Shown: positions 25,085 through 37,940 of the stretch, in pieces
Layout: each line of letters opens with the position of its first letter
How positions within the stretch are numbered: position 1 is the stretch's first letter
Assembly (NCBI GenBank): GCA_904063045.1
Contig: CAJFCJ010000037.1
Span: 82,151-146,150, forward strand
From: Dimorphilus gyrociliatus
Taxonomy: Eukaryota > Animalia > Annelida
Reading direction: 5' to 3'
Length of the DNA stretch: 64,000 nt
The notes under the pieces: generated by a model
The model's input: only the letters and a program-made list of their open reading frames with translations
Told to the model about the DNA's origin: nothing
Database searches by the model: none
Translations under genes and position numbers: made by a program

Positions 25085-25818
25085 ATGAAGTTGACTAAAC
25101 AGATTTTCTTTTTAATAAGCTTTGCATACTGTTTTATATCAGGTAAAGAGAGGGCAAGATTCATATCTTGTGTTGGTCTGTCTGTCTGTGTAGCTAAAAA
25201 TTAATTGGTCATTGTCTATTTTTAGTTGAAGGACAAGATCTTTTTGGATTTAGTGTCAACAGAAATGCAACCTTATTATCATGTTCTTGATCAATCTTGC
25301 TCTGCTGGAAGTGATATGAATATTATAAATGATGCTACAGTTGAGAAATGTTCAAAGTTTTGTAATGAGAACAAGCAATGTCTGGCTTTTTCAATCAATT
25401 ATGAGAGAAAGATATGCTGGATAAAGAATAAAATAAAGAGTACAACTCAATTTACAGCTACACCAAATAATGCATTCTTTCAGAAAGATTTCAAGCGTTG
25501 GTATTACATTCTCCCTATTATTCTTCTTTATTTTCCATTCTAATTTATTCATTTCTCCAACTAGTTATGCCAATAAATGGCTATACCAGAGTGGACTATT
25601 ATAGTATAAAGTTCAATACGGATATTGTTAAACATGATGGAAAAGATTTTTCAAAGTGTCCTAGTGAGTGTAATAGAAAGAGTTGGTGTCTTGGATTTAT
25701 CATTTACTATAGTTCATGCCGACTGATTAAAAGCCTATCTGAAAATTATCATAAGTTTGGCACACCATTATTTCTCAGTAATGCAAAAAAAAGCCAGTGG
25801 GAGAGTCTATTAAAATAA
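25085..25818 (+). pseudogene. PAN/apple-domain gene, pseudogenised paralog of 46634-47630
   Basis: Same signal-peptide exon as the paralog. A ~250-bp deletion removes most of exon 2 and the following intron, giving an early TGA; a further 1-nt deletion occurs near 25528. It lies within a duplicated block (~24640-26010 vs ~46135-47820). Confidence 0.8.
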
Positions 25819-25829
25819 TTTGATTTATC

Positions 25830-26200
25830 TAAAAATATTAGTGAAACTGTAATAGAACTGTCATTCAAAAATTCTGCAATGCAAAATATTTGCCTTTTCA
25901 TTCTATTTTTCCCTAAACCCAATTCTATGACCTCTAAAATAAATGTCTTCACTAGTCTATTTCTCATGTTTTTTATAACCTCCAATATTTATTGTTTCAT
26001 TTTTTGAGCAATGTGTCAGAAGTTGGCCTTTAATTTTACAATTTTCTTGCTTTAAAATATACCAAATACCAAAGACTTTTAAAAAATTCCTTCAATTACA
26101 ATTTCAGCCTTTGTTGTGTTAACAAAACATTAATCAAGCTTAATCAATATCCAATCAAGAGAAAGTCACAATAACTTCATGATAGCATTAACAATCACTT
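25830..26200 (-). pseudogene. RI-like LRR relic
   Basis: WYILKQENCKIKGQLLTHCSKNETINIGG...IFCIAEFLNDSSITVSLIFL matches the 57-aa unit. Parts are shared with 42735-42840, 47640-47810 and 49330-49400. Confidence 0.55.
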
Positions 26201-26319
26201 ACTGAGCTATATCACACTTATTTCTGTTATAACTACATTGTATCAGATAACAGAGAATTTTTGACTGGAAGAAGAGATTAAAGATGGGAATTCCAGTGAA
26301 TAAAACTAAAATAAAAGAT

Positions 26320-26680
26320 ATTACCAAATTGTAAGAATAATAGAACTGTATTCTAAAGTAATACTAGTCCTGTTCACTAAGATGGTTCATTCAGGAATAA
26401 ATGCCTCTTACTACCTATGTCCTGCATTTTATACAATTCCTTATCAGTTGTTTACGCCTTGGTATCAACAACAAGGTCAAACCCTAGATATGGATTATTA
26501 ACAACTAACAGGATCAAGTGTTATCATATTACAATATCATGTAAACCACAACAATTTTGTGTAGTTAAACCCTTAAGAGTCAATTGTTACATCATATTTA
26601 TGTACATAAACACTTGTTATTGTTGTCAAAATGTTTGGTTATGTAATATCTTACCCTTTGTTTATAAAAAGGGTTGATTC
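26320..26680 (+). mobile_element. Truncated copy of LTR family 2
   Basis: Homologous to 48670-49020 (e.g. ATACAATTCCTTATCAGTTG, GGGTTGATTCTGGTA); duplicated with its flank at 42845-43215. Confidence 0.7.
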
Positions 26681-27047
26681 TGGTATGTTTTGCAGAAATA
26701 TATCTGTTGTTGAGCATTCTTACAAAAACATTCAACCTTTGCTGTCTTTAGAATTCAGTTTATCAAATTCAGCCTATATCAAATGGAAGAATATTAAACA
26801 TCTCTGGCTTCTTTGACAATGCAGGCAAGAAAAGAATTACATAGATTTTTAATGATGTGGATCAGAGTGAACAATTGCAACATAACACTTACAAGATTGC
26901 AAATTGTACTTTGTTGTATTACGATCATAGGAATTTCGTTCTTGTCCCAACTGTGTTCATCTGTTTTTTCAACACATTAATCAACTCACTTTCTATTAAT
27001 GATAAAAAATATAGGCCTAGAGTGTACGGTTTTAAAAATACAGCAAA

Positions 27048-29507
27048 ATGGCAAGAATTTTTCATAATCCAATTTCCAGTATGACATCATTGACTAACCT
27101 TGACACTCCTTTACTATTGTATTTAGACATATCTCATACGAAAATCACATCATTGAAGACAAAATAATTTCGCTATTGCCAGGCCTTGTTGAAGATATTG
27201 AAAATGGTGGAATGTTCTTTAAAAGATGTTGTATTGGATTTTGGTGTCTATTTAAAAACTGTAATTCAAATTCATTTCAATAATACACAACTTCCAGAAA
27301 ATTATCGTATCACTGTTCAAATATAATAGAAAAAAGAATCAAATCAAAAAGTCCTTTCTGGTAACAATCCCAACTAATATTTTGTGTTGGTTTCCATTGT
27401 CAACTTTAGGTAAAACATTCTAAAAGAAAAATAACTACACATCATGAAAACTGGTAAAAAAATTTTTATTTATAATTTCAGTCATTCTATCATCAATAAG
27501 AGAATTGACAATAAACAACGACATTAGGATCCGGCTTATAGTATTCTTAATCCCTATAAATTCAGTTAATAAGCCATTCATATTCTCATTATCAACTCTA
27601 TATGAGTATTACACAATTCAAATGGATATATTGCTCAATAGAGGCAGAAAAAATAGAGAAAATATTGAATATAACCTAAAAGTAAAATGCAAGTATTTTG
27701 TTTTTCAAACTGTTTCCAACGCCATCTGGTGTTTGTTTATTTAATTTCAAAATTGACTTAAGCAGTTATTTCCTGTATAAACAAGTATGATGAGAATCAC
27801 GTGTCCTTCTTACAATTCTATAATTCTACATTATGTTTGCCAGTAGAAAATTATATATTGGATAGTTTCAATTATTTCAAATGCATTAAACAGATTTGCA
27901 TAGCTTATTGCTCTTTACATTCTCAAAAAATATCCTTTATGGGCCAATTGACATTTGAAAATATTATATATCACGTGACTAATCAGATAAAATTTCATTA
28001 TTTAAAATGCAAAGTATAATTTATTTTATTTTTAGGAAAGACAGAAAAAATTCTATGTTTATTGGAGGAAATTTGCTGCAATTAAGGATTCTATGGAGTT
28101 GCATGATATTTTTTTTATGGCAGATTTGTTCAAAAGATAATGAATTTGAAAAAAATGAACCCTATTACAAATTTTTCACCATCTCCAGTTACTGTAGAGG
28201 AAGAAAATTGATTAACTTTTGTACATAAATCTACATGAATCTAATACATTTTAATAACAATATTAAACATTTTCTCTTAGTTATGTCATCAGATACATTA
28301 GGTCTTAAGGTGTAGTTACAACAACCCTTTCTAATCATTTAAAAATTTACCAAAGTACTCAATCAAATAGAAGCTTTCAAGTTTGTCCACAAATAGTCAT
28401 AATAAAATGTAATTTTAAATAATCAGTTGACAGTTAGAGAACTGAACTATAAACTTTTAAGGATCACATTAGACAACAAGTAAGAATTTACTCTGAAAAT
28501 GATATGACCAAATTTCTTCCATTTATATTTGTTTACCTTACTGTATGTAGTAGGAAAAAATTTCTTGGCTGGTGTAGAGATAGAAGATCACCAGGGAAGT
28601 GATGCAGAGCACAAGAGTAAATTGTTAATTTACAAAACTGATCTCTTATTAACAAAGCAAATTATACAGCATTTTCTTATATTAATCTATAAATAATTGA
28701 TGAAGAGATAAGCAGTTTGTAAAAAGTTTATAAATTTGTAGAACATTATCCTTAATAATTTACTTAAACCTTTTACTCTATAAATATTGAATTTGAATTT
28801 ACTGCGAGACTGTTTCTTTCAAAACGTATTGATTGATGGATTATGTTAAAAACTTTTTACTTGTTATTTCCTGTTTAAATCAAGTTGTTGGATTTTGTCT
28901 AAATTTTAATTTAATTTTAATTCGTTTAATTAATAAAGATTTATGGAAATTACAAAATTTTGGAGTAACAGCTTTGATAATCACTGACATTCTTTATTCA
29001 ATAAGCCTACTATTCTTTTATTCTGTCAATAGAGTAGAAATGACTTTTTAGAGCTGTATCATTCTGATTCAAGCTGTTTTCATGATAATTATTATATCAT
29101 CTTTTACATTAACATTAATTATGCTTGAAAATGCTATTACCAGTTTACTATTATATTTTCCAATTCTTAGAGCAATATACAAACACAGAAGAGCAATTTC
29201 TGATTTATCAAATGTTGACAATTCAAGATCAGAAGGAAGTAATATTAAAGCCTTAACCATTTTATTAATCTACAATACCATTATTATGACTGTACCATCC
29301 ATAATTGCTCTTTCAACTTATCGTATCAGGAAAAAAATATTTTCTTTGTCGGATGCAGAGTATAGATTATTTGTTGATTTATTTACAGCAATTACTGTCT
29401 CAAATTCAACAATAAATCCCCTTGTTCATAGCTATACAAAATGTTCAATTAGGCTTCAAACCAAAAAATTCTATAGAAATCTCTTTGAAAAGATTACTTG
29501 CAAATAG
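27048..29507 (+). pseudogene. LRR-ectodomain (LGR-like) GPCR pseudogene, paralog of 2-703
   Basis: Decayed LRR (RIFHNPISSMTSLTNLDTPLLLYLDISHTKITSL); TM1-2 at 28833; TAT>TAG nonsense at 29049-29051; 234-bp in-frame deletion relative to the 1-703 copy. Confidence 0.7.
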
Positions 29508-29639
29508 TCAGAAGAAAAAAACTGGATTACCTACAATCTACTTCAGATTGATCTGAATATCTTTTGGTAAAGTATAGGGAAGGACAATCTGAATCTGAGG
29601 GGAAAAGATCATCAAAAATACTTTGATATTTTGCCAACA

Positions 29640-29940
29640 TTTGTGTTAGCAGTGTATGACTGAATATCATAGGCAAACCTCAAAGTATATAAATCCTTGC
29701 TATTTTCATTCTATTCAATTGTATCTGGATCCAAGCACCTGGGAACAAACTCCTCTGGAGACAGTCTTTGGCAATCTGCTATTACAAATCATCTACACTG
29801 CTATTGAACTTTCACATTGTTATTTTCTCAAGTATTTCCATTTCAAATAAAACATTTAATTAAAACAATTGTTTAAAAGATTCGAGTAGAACCAGTACTG
29901 TTTTAACTTCCAAATACATAAATTGGCAAAGCACATCACG
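29640..29940 (+). mobile_element. Old truncated member of LTR family 1
   Basis: Shares GGCAAACCTCAAAGTATATAAATCC and TTCGAGTAGAACCAGTA with the 635-bp LTRs but is strongly diverged. Confidence 0.75.
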
Positions 29941-30150
29941 TGACAATGTTTGAAAGATATTCACACTTAGATTGAAAATTACAGTCACATTTTATATTTT
30001 TGAAATATTTAAAGAGTCACAAATGCTAAACAGAGGAAAAGATTCCCCAAAATTGGAACAACATTTTCCTAATCCCAACAATGACATAGTTGAGAATTAG
30101 TGAATCACAAACAAAACATTTTAAAATTCGTTAAAGCATTTTTTTTCTTT

Positions 30151-32276
30151 TTAAGGATTTACATGACAAATTTCAACACTACTCAATTGTGTTGCAGTTG
30201 TACTGATCATAAAGTATAAATTTGTAATTGTACTATTCAGTTGATCACACGTAAAAACAAATCTATGATAATTATTATTGCTAATAGCCGCAATTTTCAA
30301 TGTACAAAACATTACGTCATGTTCTTTGTAAGAGTTTTTATAACCAACTTGAACATGGATGAAGTTAAATAAATGTTTGTCAAATTTCAAAACAATTTCC
30401 GGTTTAGTTTTTATTGAATGCCTATTGATTGGTATTCCATTTAAATTAATAGTTTCAATTATAGTTGATTTATTTGGTAGAGCAACGCAAGTAGAAACCA
30501 GTCTGTCAGTTAGATATTGGCTTGGTACTTTTGAACACGATTCTCTATTATGTATAAAAACGTTTCGTCCATCTATTTTTTAAATAGAAATAATGAGATA
30601 AACAAAAAAATAGACACTTTTCAATTTAAATTTCAATGATACCTATGTCATTAATTTTGATGCTATTTTTAAAACTGGATTCTTTAGATTTCCATGACAC
30701 TTCTGTAATTCTATTGACTTTGAACTGAGTAGTTAAAATTGTATTTACATTATACAATAGGCCCTTGCCAAATTGAATCGTATCATTAGACATAGAAATC
30801 CAAAAATCATTTGTTTCATTACAAAGAATAAAAAATTTATCGACTTCCATTGCTTTGACTATGAAATTAGGAGTTACAATTTCAATATAGCTCTTCAATA
30901 AATTTGATATGAAAATTTTAAATACAACATCCATATTGGAATAGAATGAAATTATTATGTCACCACAATCATCTGAAAAGCTACTGTTTCTTTTGAACAA
31001 TTGAAAACTGAATGATTTAAATTTGTTATGAATGTAGGATGGAAGTTTATAAGCATAAGTGGAAGTGCCTGCTAGTGTGTAGTCTCTTGCAAATAACTCT
31101 AATAGAATAGATATTGAACATAATTAAGTTTTAAAATTTTTACAAACTACAACAAACCCTTTACAAACACTTGAACTTGTGCAAATCCAATATTTTTATT
31201 AGCTTGTATCTCTCTTGATTCTAGATATAGTCCAGTTTCAATAAATTCTTCATTATACTCAAAACATTGCTGCTTTTGATTTGGTTTTAAATCTTGTAAT
31301 TTTATTAAACCAGAAGTCCATTTTTCCATTACTTTTATAATATACATTTTAGATGATTGTTTATTTGTAAGGCAATATATAGTTGGTTTGCCATATTTTT
31401 CAAATGTAATATTTATATATTGTCCAATACAGTCACTTCCTGTGCAATCTGCCACCCATTCTTGCTTATTTTTAAAAAAAAGATAACTTTGAAAATCTAG
31501 AGCCAATCGACAATTCCAATTTTCAGATAGTTGACTTTTTGCAGTACAAGTCGCTCCATTTGCTGTTGAAGAAACATCTGTAAAATAGTCAGCAGATGTC
31601 ATATTTTCTGATGTATCTGTAAGAGAAGAGAGTAGAGTGATTAAGAAATAGAAGGACACCCATTTAGAGATTTATATACCATTATCATAGGCATATATCA
31701 CTATTGAACTTAGGCCTGTATTTCTATTTTTATAACGATGACCAATGATGAATGTCATCGTTTGAACATTTTTTCCATAATTCAGTTTGGGTAGGTAACA
31801 TTCAATATTTTTTTCCATATCCAATTTAACATTCATCGATTGTTGGCCATTAAAGCAAAATTCAACTTGTTTTACCTTATTTTCATCATTAAAAAATGGT
31901 TGAGATAGGCATATTTCGCAAATATCATACTCTTTTTTAAATGTTAACGAATATTTTTCTTTATAACAACTAGGACTACAGTTCGAAATCCAAGGATTTA
32001 TATTAATCCATTGTGGAGATAAAGCATTTTCGCATTCGAATGTAAATAAATCAGTTGAAGGTCTTGTTGATTCAGCAGTACAACTAGAATTCATTGACAG
32101 ATCAGCAATATTTAGCAATTTTTCACCTTAAAATCAAAATTAAAGAATATATCTATCCCTATATCAAGTTATTTAGTTTTACATTGTTTTATCTTACCTA
32201 TTGCTGTTCCTATTGCTGTTTTTAATAAAAAAACTGGTATTAAACACCAAATTTGACTGAAACTAGAATAGAACAT
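30151..32276 (-). CDS. Secreted protein: signal peptide + 2 discoidin/galactose-binding-like domains + FAMeT-like domain + Cys-containing C-terminal domain
   Basis: Five exons (32276-32198, 32126-31680, 31616-31158, 30972-30643, 30572-30151), all joined at phase-1 GT-AG junctions with no stops. FFILCNETNDFWISMSNDTIQFGKG resembles Methyltransf_FA. Confidence 0.7.
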
Positions 32277-33731
32277 TTTCAATTTTAGTGAATAATAGTG
32301 CTTTTCTTTTTTAAATAAGACGTGTCTAGAAAAAGATAATGAATTTTTTATTATCTATTGTTTTGCAGTCAAAAGATAAGATCGATATTAAAAATTTCCA
32401 ATTTAAATTTGTAAAGAAAATTTAAAACTAGATAAATAAAAATTTCTTTTTTTAAATTTTTTGTAAACAGTATTAAATATTATCAATAATTTGTTTTAAA
32501 ACTATTTCAATATGTTGACATTAAAGTTACTTATAGACTTTAACAAAGAACATAAATCAATTAACAAGTCACATGGTATGTAAGCGAGTCATTTATTAAT
32601 ATCACTATTATTACTATTATTATTATGTAAACTCTCCAGCCAGGAATGTGTGCATATAGAAAATAGAGAAAGTAAGCAGAAGATTTCTTGGGATAATTTT
32701 TCCATTGGCTAGATGGCAGCATTTGTTTAATAGAGTCACAAACTCGACTATGAACATCTGCAAACCAATCTTATTACAAACTCTAAGAGAGTGAAATATT
32801 AAAGGTAAAGGTCTGGAGTCTTGTCTCTGGAACTGGCAGAAAATGGTTAGAGCTCTGATAGAAAACCAACAAATATTGTAAATAATGAGAATCGTTTGAA
32901 GCGATTCAGAATTAGGGAAATCAACTGGTAAAGTGACAAATATCTAATGTTAAAATTGTTTTAGATTTATATGTAGACCCAGAACATGAACATGGGCAAA
33001 GAGTAGCAGAGCAACTGTCCTTCCTCATTTGCCATTCTCAAACATTGTCTCTCTATTCTTCTATATCTCTAAGTTATCATCTCTCCTTCCAGTAGCTTAT
33101 GCTATTGGTCCCTGTTTCTTGGTATCTGTCTCACGCTAATTTGGTATCTGGATGGTAAATTAAAGGTTGTCAAAGAACCATTTGTTCAACTTTTCTCCAT
33201 CCCTTCTTTTATTAAAAAAGATGAAGAAACAAAGCAGTTTGTTAAATCTGATAACTTTCTCATTTTTCATCAACTGTATCAAAAATGATAAAACTTGCTC
33301 TTGTTAACAGGGGACGAATTTTCCCAGAGACAAGTTTTCCTGCTCCCTTTTACATTTCATCTTAAAGTTAAATGCACGAACATTGAATTTTTCATATCCA
33401 ATATTATTGCAGATCATACTAATGTATCTGACAAGTACATTTGACCATTGCAATTAGTTTTTGAGCAGTTTTCAAAACCTCTTTATTCACTTTTATCTTA
33501 AAGATTGCAAATTAAATTAATAATAGAAAGTTAATTTCTAAATAATATATATAATTATTTGGGAAATTTTTTCTCCTTTTTATCCCAAAAATAGATAATG
33601 TTCAATTGTATATAATTGGCTTATTAACTTAAATGCACTATTAGTTTTAATATTGGTTATAATAATACAGTTTTTACATAAGCCTATAGAGGTAGCCATT
33701 GTTTTGATATTTTGATATTGGAAAGAAAATA

Positions 33732-36725
33732 ATGAAATTTATCATTACAATTGTTTTTCTCTGTCTTCTCATTTCTCTAACAAAGTCTACTACTTGTAAG
33801 AATGTTCAATTTTCAGCTGTAACACCAGAACTATGCTCAATAAAAGCACATGAAATTCTAAATTGGATAGAGGATGATATGCCTCATACTATGAGAGAAA
33901 AGGCATATAGAATAGCAATGGAGTATTTCTCATCAAATCCAACATTTACTTTTTTAAATTTTTGACAAATTTTCCAAAATTATCTGCAAGATTTTAAATG
34001 TTAAATCATATTCAGAATTAAGTGAACAATTACTTTCAATTTTAAAATGGAAAATCTCCTCTGTGGACTTTACTCTTTCAATTCAGAAGGAATTGACACA
34101 TAGGAGACTCTATTTTGAAAATGATTACTTTCATAGAATTGTTGAAATGTTGAAAGAAATATTGAATTATCTCCGTGAAAATATTGTCAATGAAAATGTG
34201 AATAGAAAATCGAAATTTGTCAAGAAATTTAATGAATTGATAATATATATGAATTCAAAATATGGTCCAAATTGGTTGGGCGATATAAGAGCTTCCAGTC
34301 TATTTGATATATTTTTCAGGCGTTTTCGTTGTACAACTTTTGTTATATTTTACATGCTCGAACTCTATTATTTGATGCAACTTATACATGTACATCTTAA
34401 AACCAACGCAAGAAAATGCTATAACATTGGCCAAACATAAGTCTGATTAGTCAGCTTGAAGGCTCATCTTTAATTACCAATAAAGGTTTGGCCAAGTTAT
34501 AATTTAATTAACTTGCCTAGGGTGTGGCCAAGTTATAATTCAATTAACCTTCCTAAATGTTCAACCTTGTAACATCCTCTTACTAAACATAAATATGAAC
34601 TACACATTTCGGCAACTGTAAAGTGATGATTGGATGTCAGAGGCAAACCTCAAAGTATATAAATCCTCACTATTCTCATTTGGCATGCAGCTTCCATCTG
34701 GACCCAAGGACATGGGAAAATCATCTGGAAACAACCTCCACTGGAACCATCCATCTACTCCTCAACATTGGAAGACAGTTTGGTAATTTGGCAACCTGCT
34801 TTTACAAACTATCTACTCTGCTATCAAACTCTCATATTGTTACTTGCTTAAGTATTATTATTGTGAAAAAACCGTTTTAATTTAAACATTTGTTTAAAGG
34901 TTCGAGTAGAACCAGTATTGTTATAACTTGCAAACACATAAATTGGCCAAGCAAGAACAGTACATCGTCAATGGAAAACGGTTGATAATGTGAGAGAAGC
35001 TGTTGATGCAATAGCTGGTATCATATTTTTATAATAGATGCAAATTTATTCAAATTGAAGGCAAAATTTTCTTCCCTTCTAGCTAGATATTACAATATGT
35101 CTGATCCTAATAACAACTTTAGAGAGGAATTACTTCTTCAGGCTTATAATTTAGTAAAAGCCAAATGCAATAAACAAATTAACATTGTAATAAAGTCATT
35201 CGACAAAGCCTATAAACTATTTCAATACTTTTATAAAATTGGTGGATTTAACCTACCAATCTGCTCCTATGATGACATATTTAATAAAATGATTACTCAA
35301 TTCAAAGAGAATGAAATTCTGTTTGAAAAATTTTTATCATCAGAAGAAATTTTATTTTTTTAGAAAATTTTCTCATCACCAACAGATTTTAAATTAAACA
35401 GTTGCAACATTTTCCATTCACAAGATATAGGCAATTTCAATAATAGAATGGCTATGTATATTGGATTATCTAAGAAACATATAGAAAACTATGAAAGTGC
35501 ATTATCCTTTTATCTGCTTCCAACCAATTTGTATAGAAATACAATTAGGATTAGTGAAGATATTTTCTCATTTATGGCAAATACGAAAATACTTTTGGAA
35601 TGGCCAATAAAATTTCCACCAATAGAAATTCAAATGTTTTTAGATAGTTTATTAAATACTTATGGAGAAAACTGGTTGAAATATTTAGATCCTTTTAATC
35701 AGTTTGGTATTCATCATTTGAAAATGAATGGGGATATGAATGAAAAAGTCTCTGGTCTATTTATAGGTATTGAAAATGAACAGCAATTCTTCCAGAATAT
35801 AGGCCTATCAAGAAACCAAAAATTGCTCTATAGTATAAAAGCATTAAAAGATTTTCTATTTAATAAACAAAATCCTTTACTTTGGAAAAACTATATAAAG
35901 ATAACAAAAAACTTTTTAAGCATATATAATGGCCTTGAAAAGATTGATGTCTCTGACCTAATTACCACTCAACCAAAAAAATGTGATTCAAGCAACCATA
36001 AGATCATTGAAAATGTATTAAAATTTTGGGAAAAGAACAAAAATCTACTGAGAAATACTGTATTTCATCTACTTCAAAAACATTTACATTTTGAATTTCC
36101 TGCCAATGACATTGCCAAAAGATGGATTTCAGAGTTTTTCTGTATCATTTTAGAATCTTCAAATGAGGATTTTAAAATAAATTTGTATGGATTTCTTGGA
36201 ACGAGACTGGAATTTTTTCAACATGATATTATTAAGGTTATAGTTAAAATTGGTAATGGAAAGAAGGATGAAAAATTTGCTAAATCTATAAAAATATGGT
36301 CAGCCATTTTGGAAGGATATAAACAACTTGAAATAATGAAAGCTAATGGAGAGAATAAAATGGAAATTGTATCATTTGTTGAAAGTCAATTAGAAAATAT
36401 AATAAAATCATTTGGAGAGAAATGGACATCAGTATTGAATCCATTTAATCATTATATGTTCTCTTTTGACTATAGCTTCTCAGATTCATATTTTATAACA
36501 AAAGTGGCAAATTCTCTTGTAAAAGCCAATAACGCTTATGAATTTAATTCTAAAATGAATTTTCAACACTACGCCGCTGAAAATAGTCAAATAATATTCA
36601 ATATTCTTGAAAATCTAGTCAAACATGATTTAGGAAATATATGGGATTCTGCAAATGAATTTGAAAATCTTATTATTCAATTTAATCATACAAAAGTAAT
36701 GAAGAATTTAATTGAAATGCATTAG
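33732..36725 (+). pseudogene. Orphan secreted helical protein with three YGxNW-type repeats, disrupted by a solo LTR
   Basis: Signal peptide MKFIITIVFLCLLISLTKS. Removing 34330-34968 restores the frame (FRRFR/QWKTVDN). Additional stops at 33963 and 35361 and a poly-T frameshift near 35025. Confidence 0.65.
34330..34964 (+). mobile_element. Solo LTR, family 1 (635 bp), TSD TCGT
   Basis: TGTACA...GTACA ends; TCGT at 34326-34329 and 34965-34968; TATA-like GTATATAAA; near-identical to the 51117 and 59250 LTRs. Confidence 0.95.
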
Positions 36726-36765
36726 AAGTCTTTTTAAAATTATTACAATTTACTTGGCTTAGTAG

Positions 36766-37940
36766 AGTACAACTTTTTATATATTTGATGTTTATACTAT
36801 GTATGCTACAATATACCACTTATTCAAAAACCTATGCCAGAAATGCAATTAATCATCATTTGGCCAAACTCAGACCTTGCCTGGTCATATTTTAGGTTCA
36901 TGTTTAAGTGCAACTCAAGGTTTGACCAAGTTGTGATTGATGAGCTTGTTGAGCATTTGGCCAAAGTATGATTAATTAGCTTTCTCATCTGTTCAACTTT
37001 GTAACATATTGTTCCTAGACCACCTACAGTGAAGTGATGATATGATATTGGAGACAAACCTGCAAGTATATAAACCCTAACTGTTTTACTCTAACTGTAC
37101 TACCTTGAACTGGAAAGATCAAATGGAGACAACCACTGGGACAAACCTTCTACCCTTTCAACATTAGACATTAGTGTACAACTTTGGTTATATTTTACAT
37201 GCTTGAACTCTATTATTTTATGCAACATATACATGTACATCTTAAAACCTACGCAAGAAAATGCTATAACATTGGCCAAACATAAGTCTGATTAGTCAGC
37301 TTGAAGGCTCATCTTTAATTATCAATAAAGGTTTGGCCAAGTTATAATTCAATTAACCTTCCTAAATGTTCAACCTTGTAACATCCTCTTACTAAAGATA
37401 AATATGAACTACACATTTCGGCAACTGTAAAGTGATGATTGGATGTCAGAGACAAACCTCAAAGTATATAAATCCTCACTATTCTCATTTGGCATGCAGC
37501 TTCCATCTGGACCCAAGGACCTGGGAAAATCATCTGGAAACAAACTCCACTGGAACCATCCATCTACTCCTCAACATTGGAAGACAGTTTGGTAATTTGG
37601 CAACCTGCTTTTACGAACTATCTACTCTGCTATCGAACTCTCATATTGTTACTTGCTTAAGTATTATTATTGTGAAAAAACCGTTTTAATTTAAACATTT
37701 GTTTAAAGGTTCGAGTAGAACCAGTATTGTTATAACTTGCAAATGCATAGATTTTGCCAGCAAGAGCAGTAAATTAGTTTGGTAATTTGGCAACCAGCTA
37801 TTACAAACTGTCTACTCTGCTATTGATCTTTTATGTTGTTACAAGCTTAAGTAGTTTATTTCAAGTAAACCATTTAAATTAAACACTTTGTTTAAAGATT
37901 CGAGTATAACCAGTACTGTTGTAACTTGCAAATGCATAAA
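36766..37940 (+). mobile_element. Old diverged family-1-like LTR split by a younger solo LTR
   Basis: 36766-37174 plus 37778-37940 rejoin into a colinear LTR-like sequence (GTATATAAA, TTTGGTAATTTGGCAACC, TTCGAGTATAACCAGTA). A small related piece lies at 50306-50370. Confidence 0.7.
37175..37773 (+). mobile_element. Solo LTR, family 1 (599 bp), TSD TTAG
   Basis: TTAG on both sides; lacks one 36-bp internal tandem unit relative to the 635-bp copies. Confidence 0.93.

Noticed and set aside
32640-33330. Higher-GC stretch with fragmentary minus-strand peptides (TLCPCSCSG, DWFADVHSRVCDSIKQ)
   Set aside because: Looks like decayed coding DNA, but stops occur in all frames and no family could be recognised.
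35018-35037. 20-21-bp mini-introns (35018-35037, 6094-6114) that might rescue reading frames
   Set aside because: Far shorter than the ~50-90-bp introns seen elsewhere in the window. The 6094 case still meets an in-frame TAA, and a homopolymer indel explains the 35018 case.
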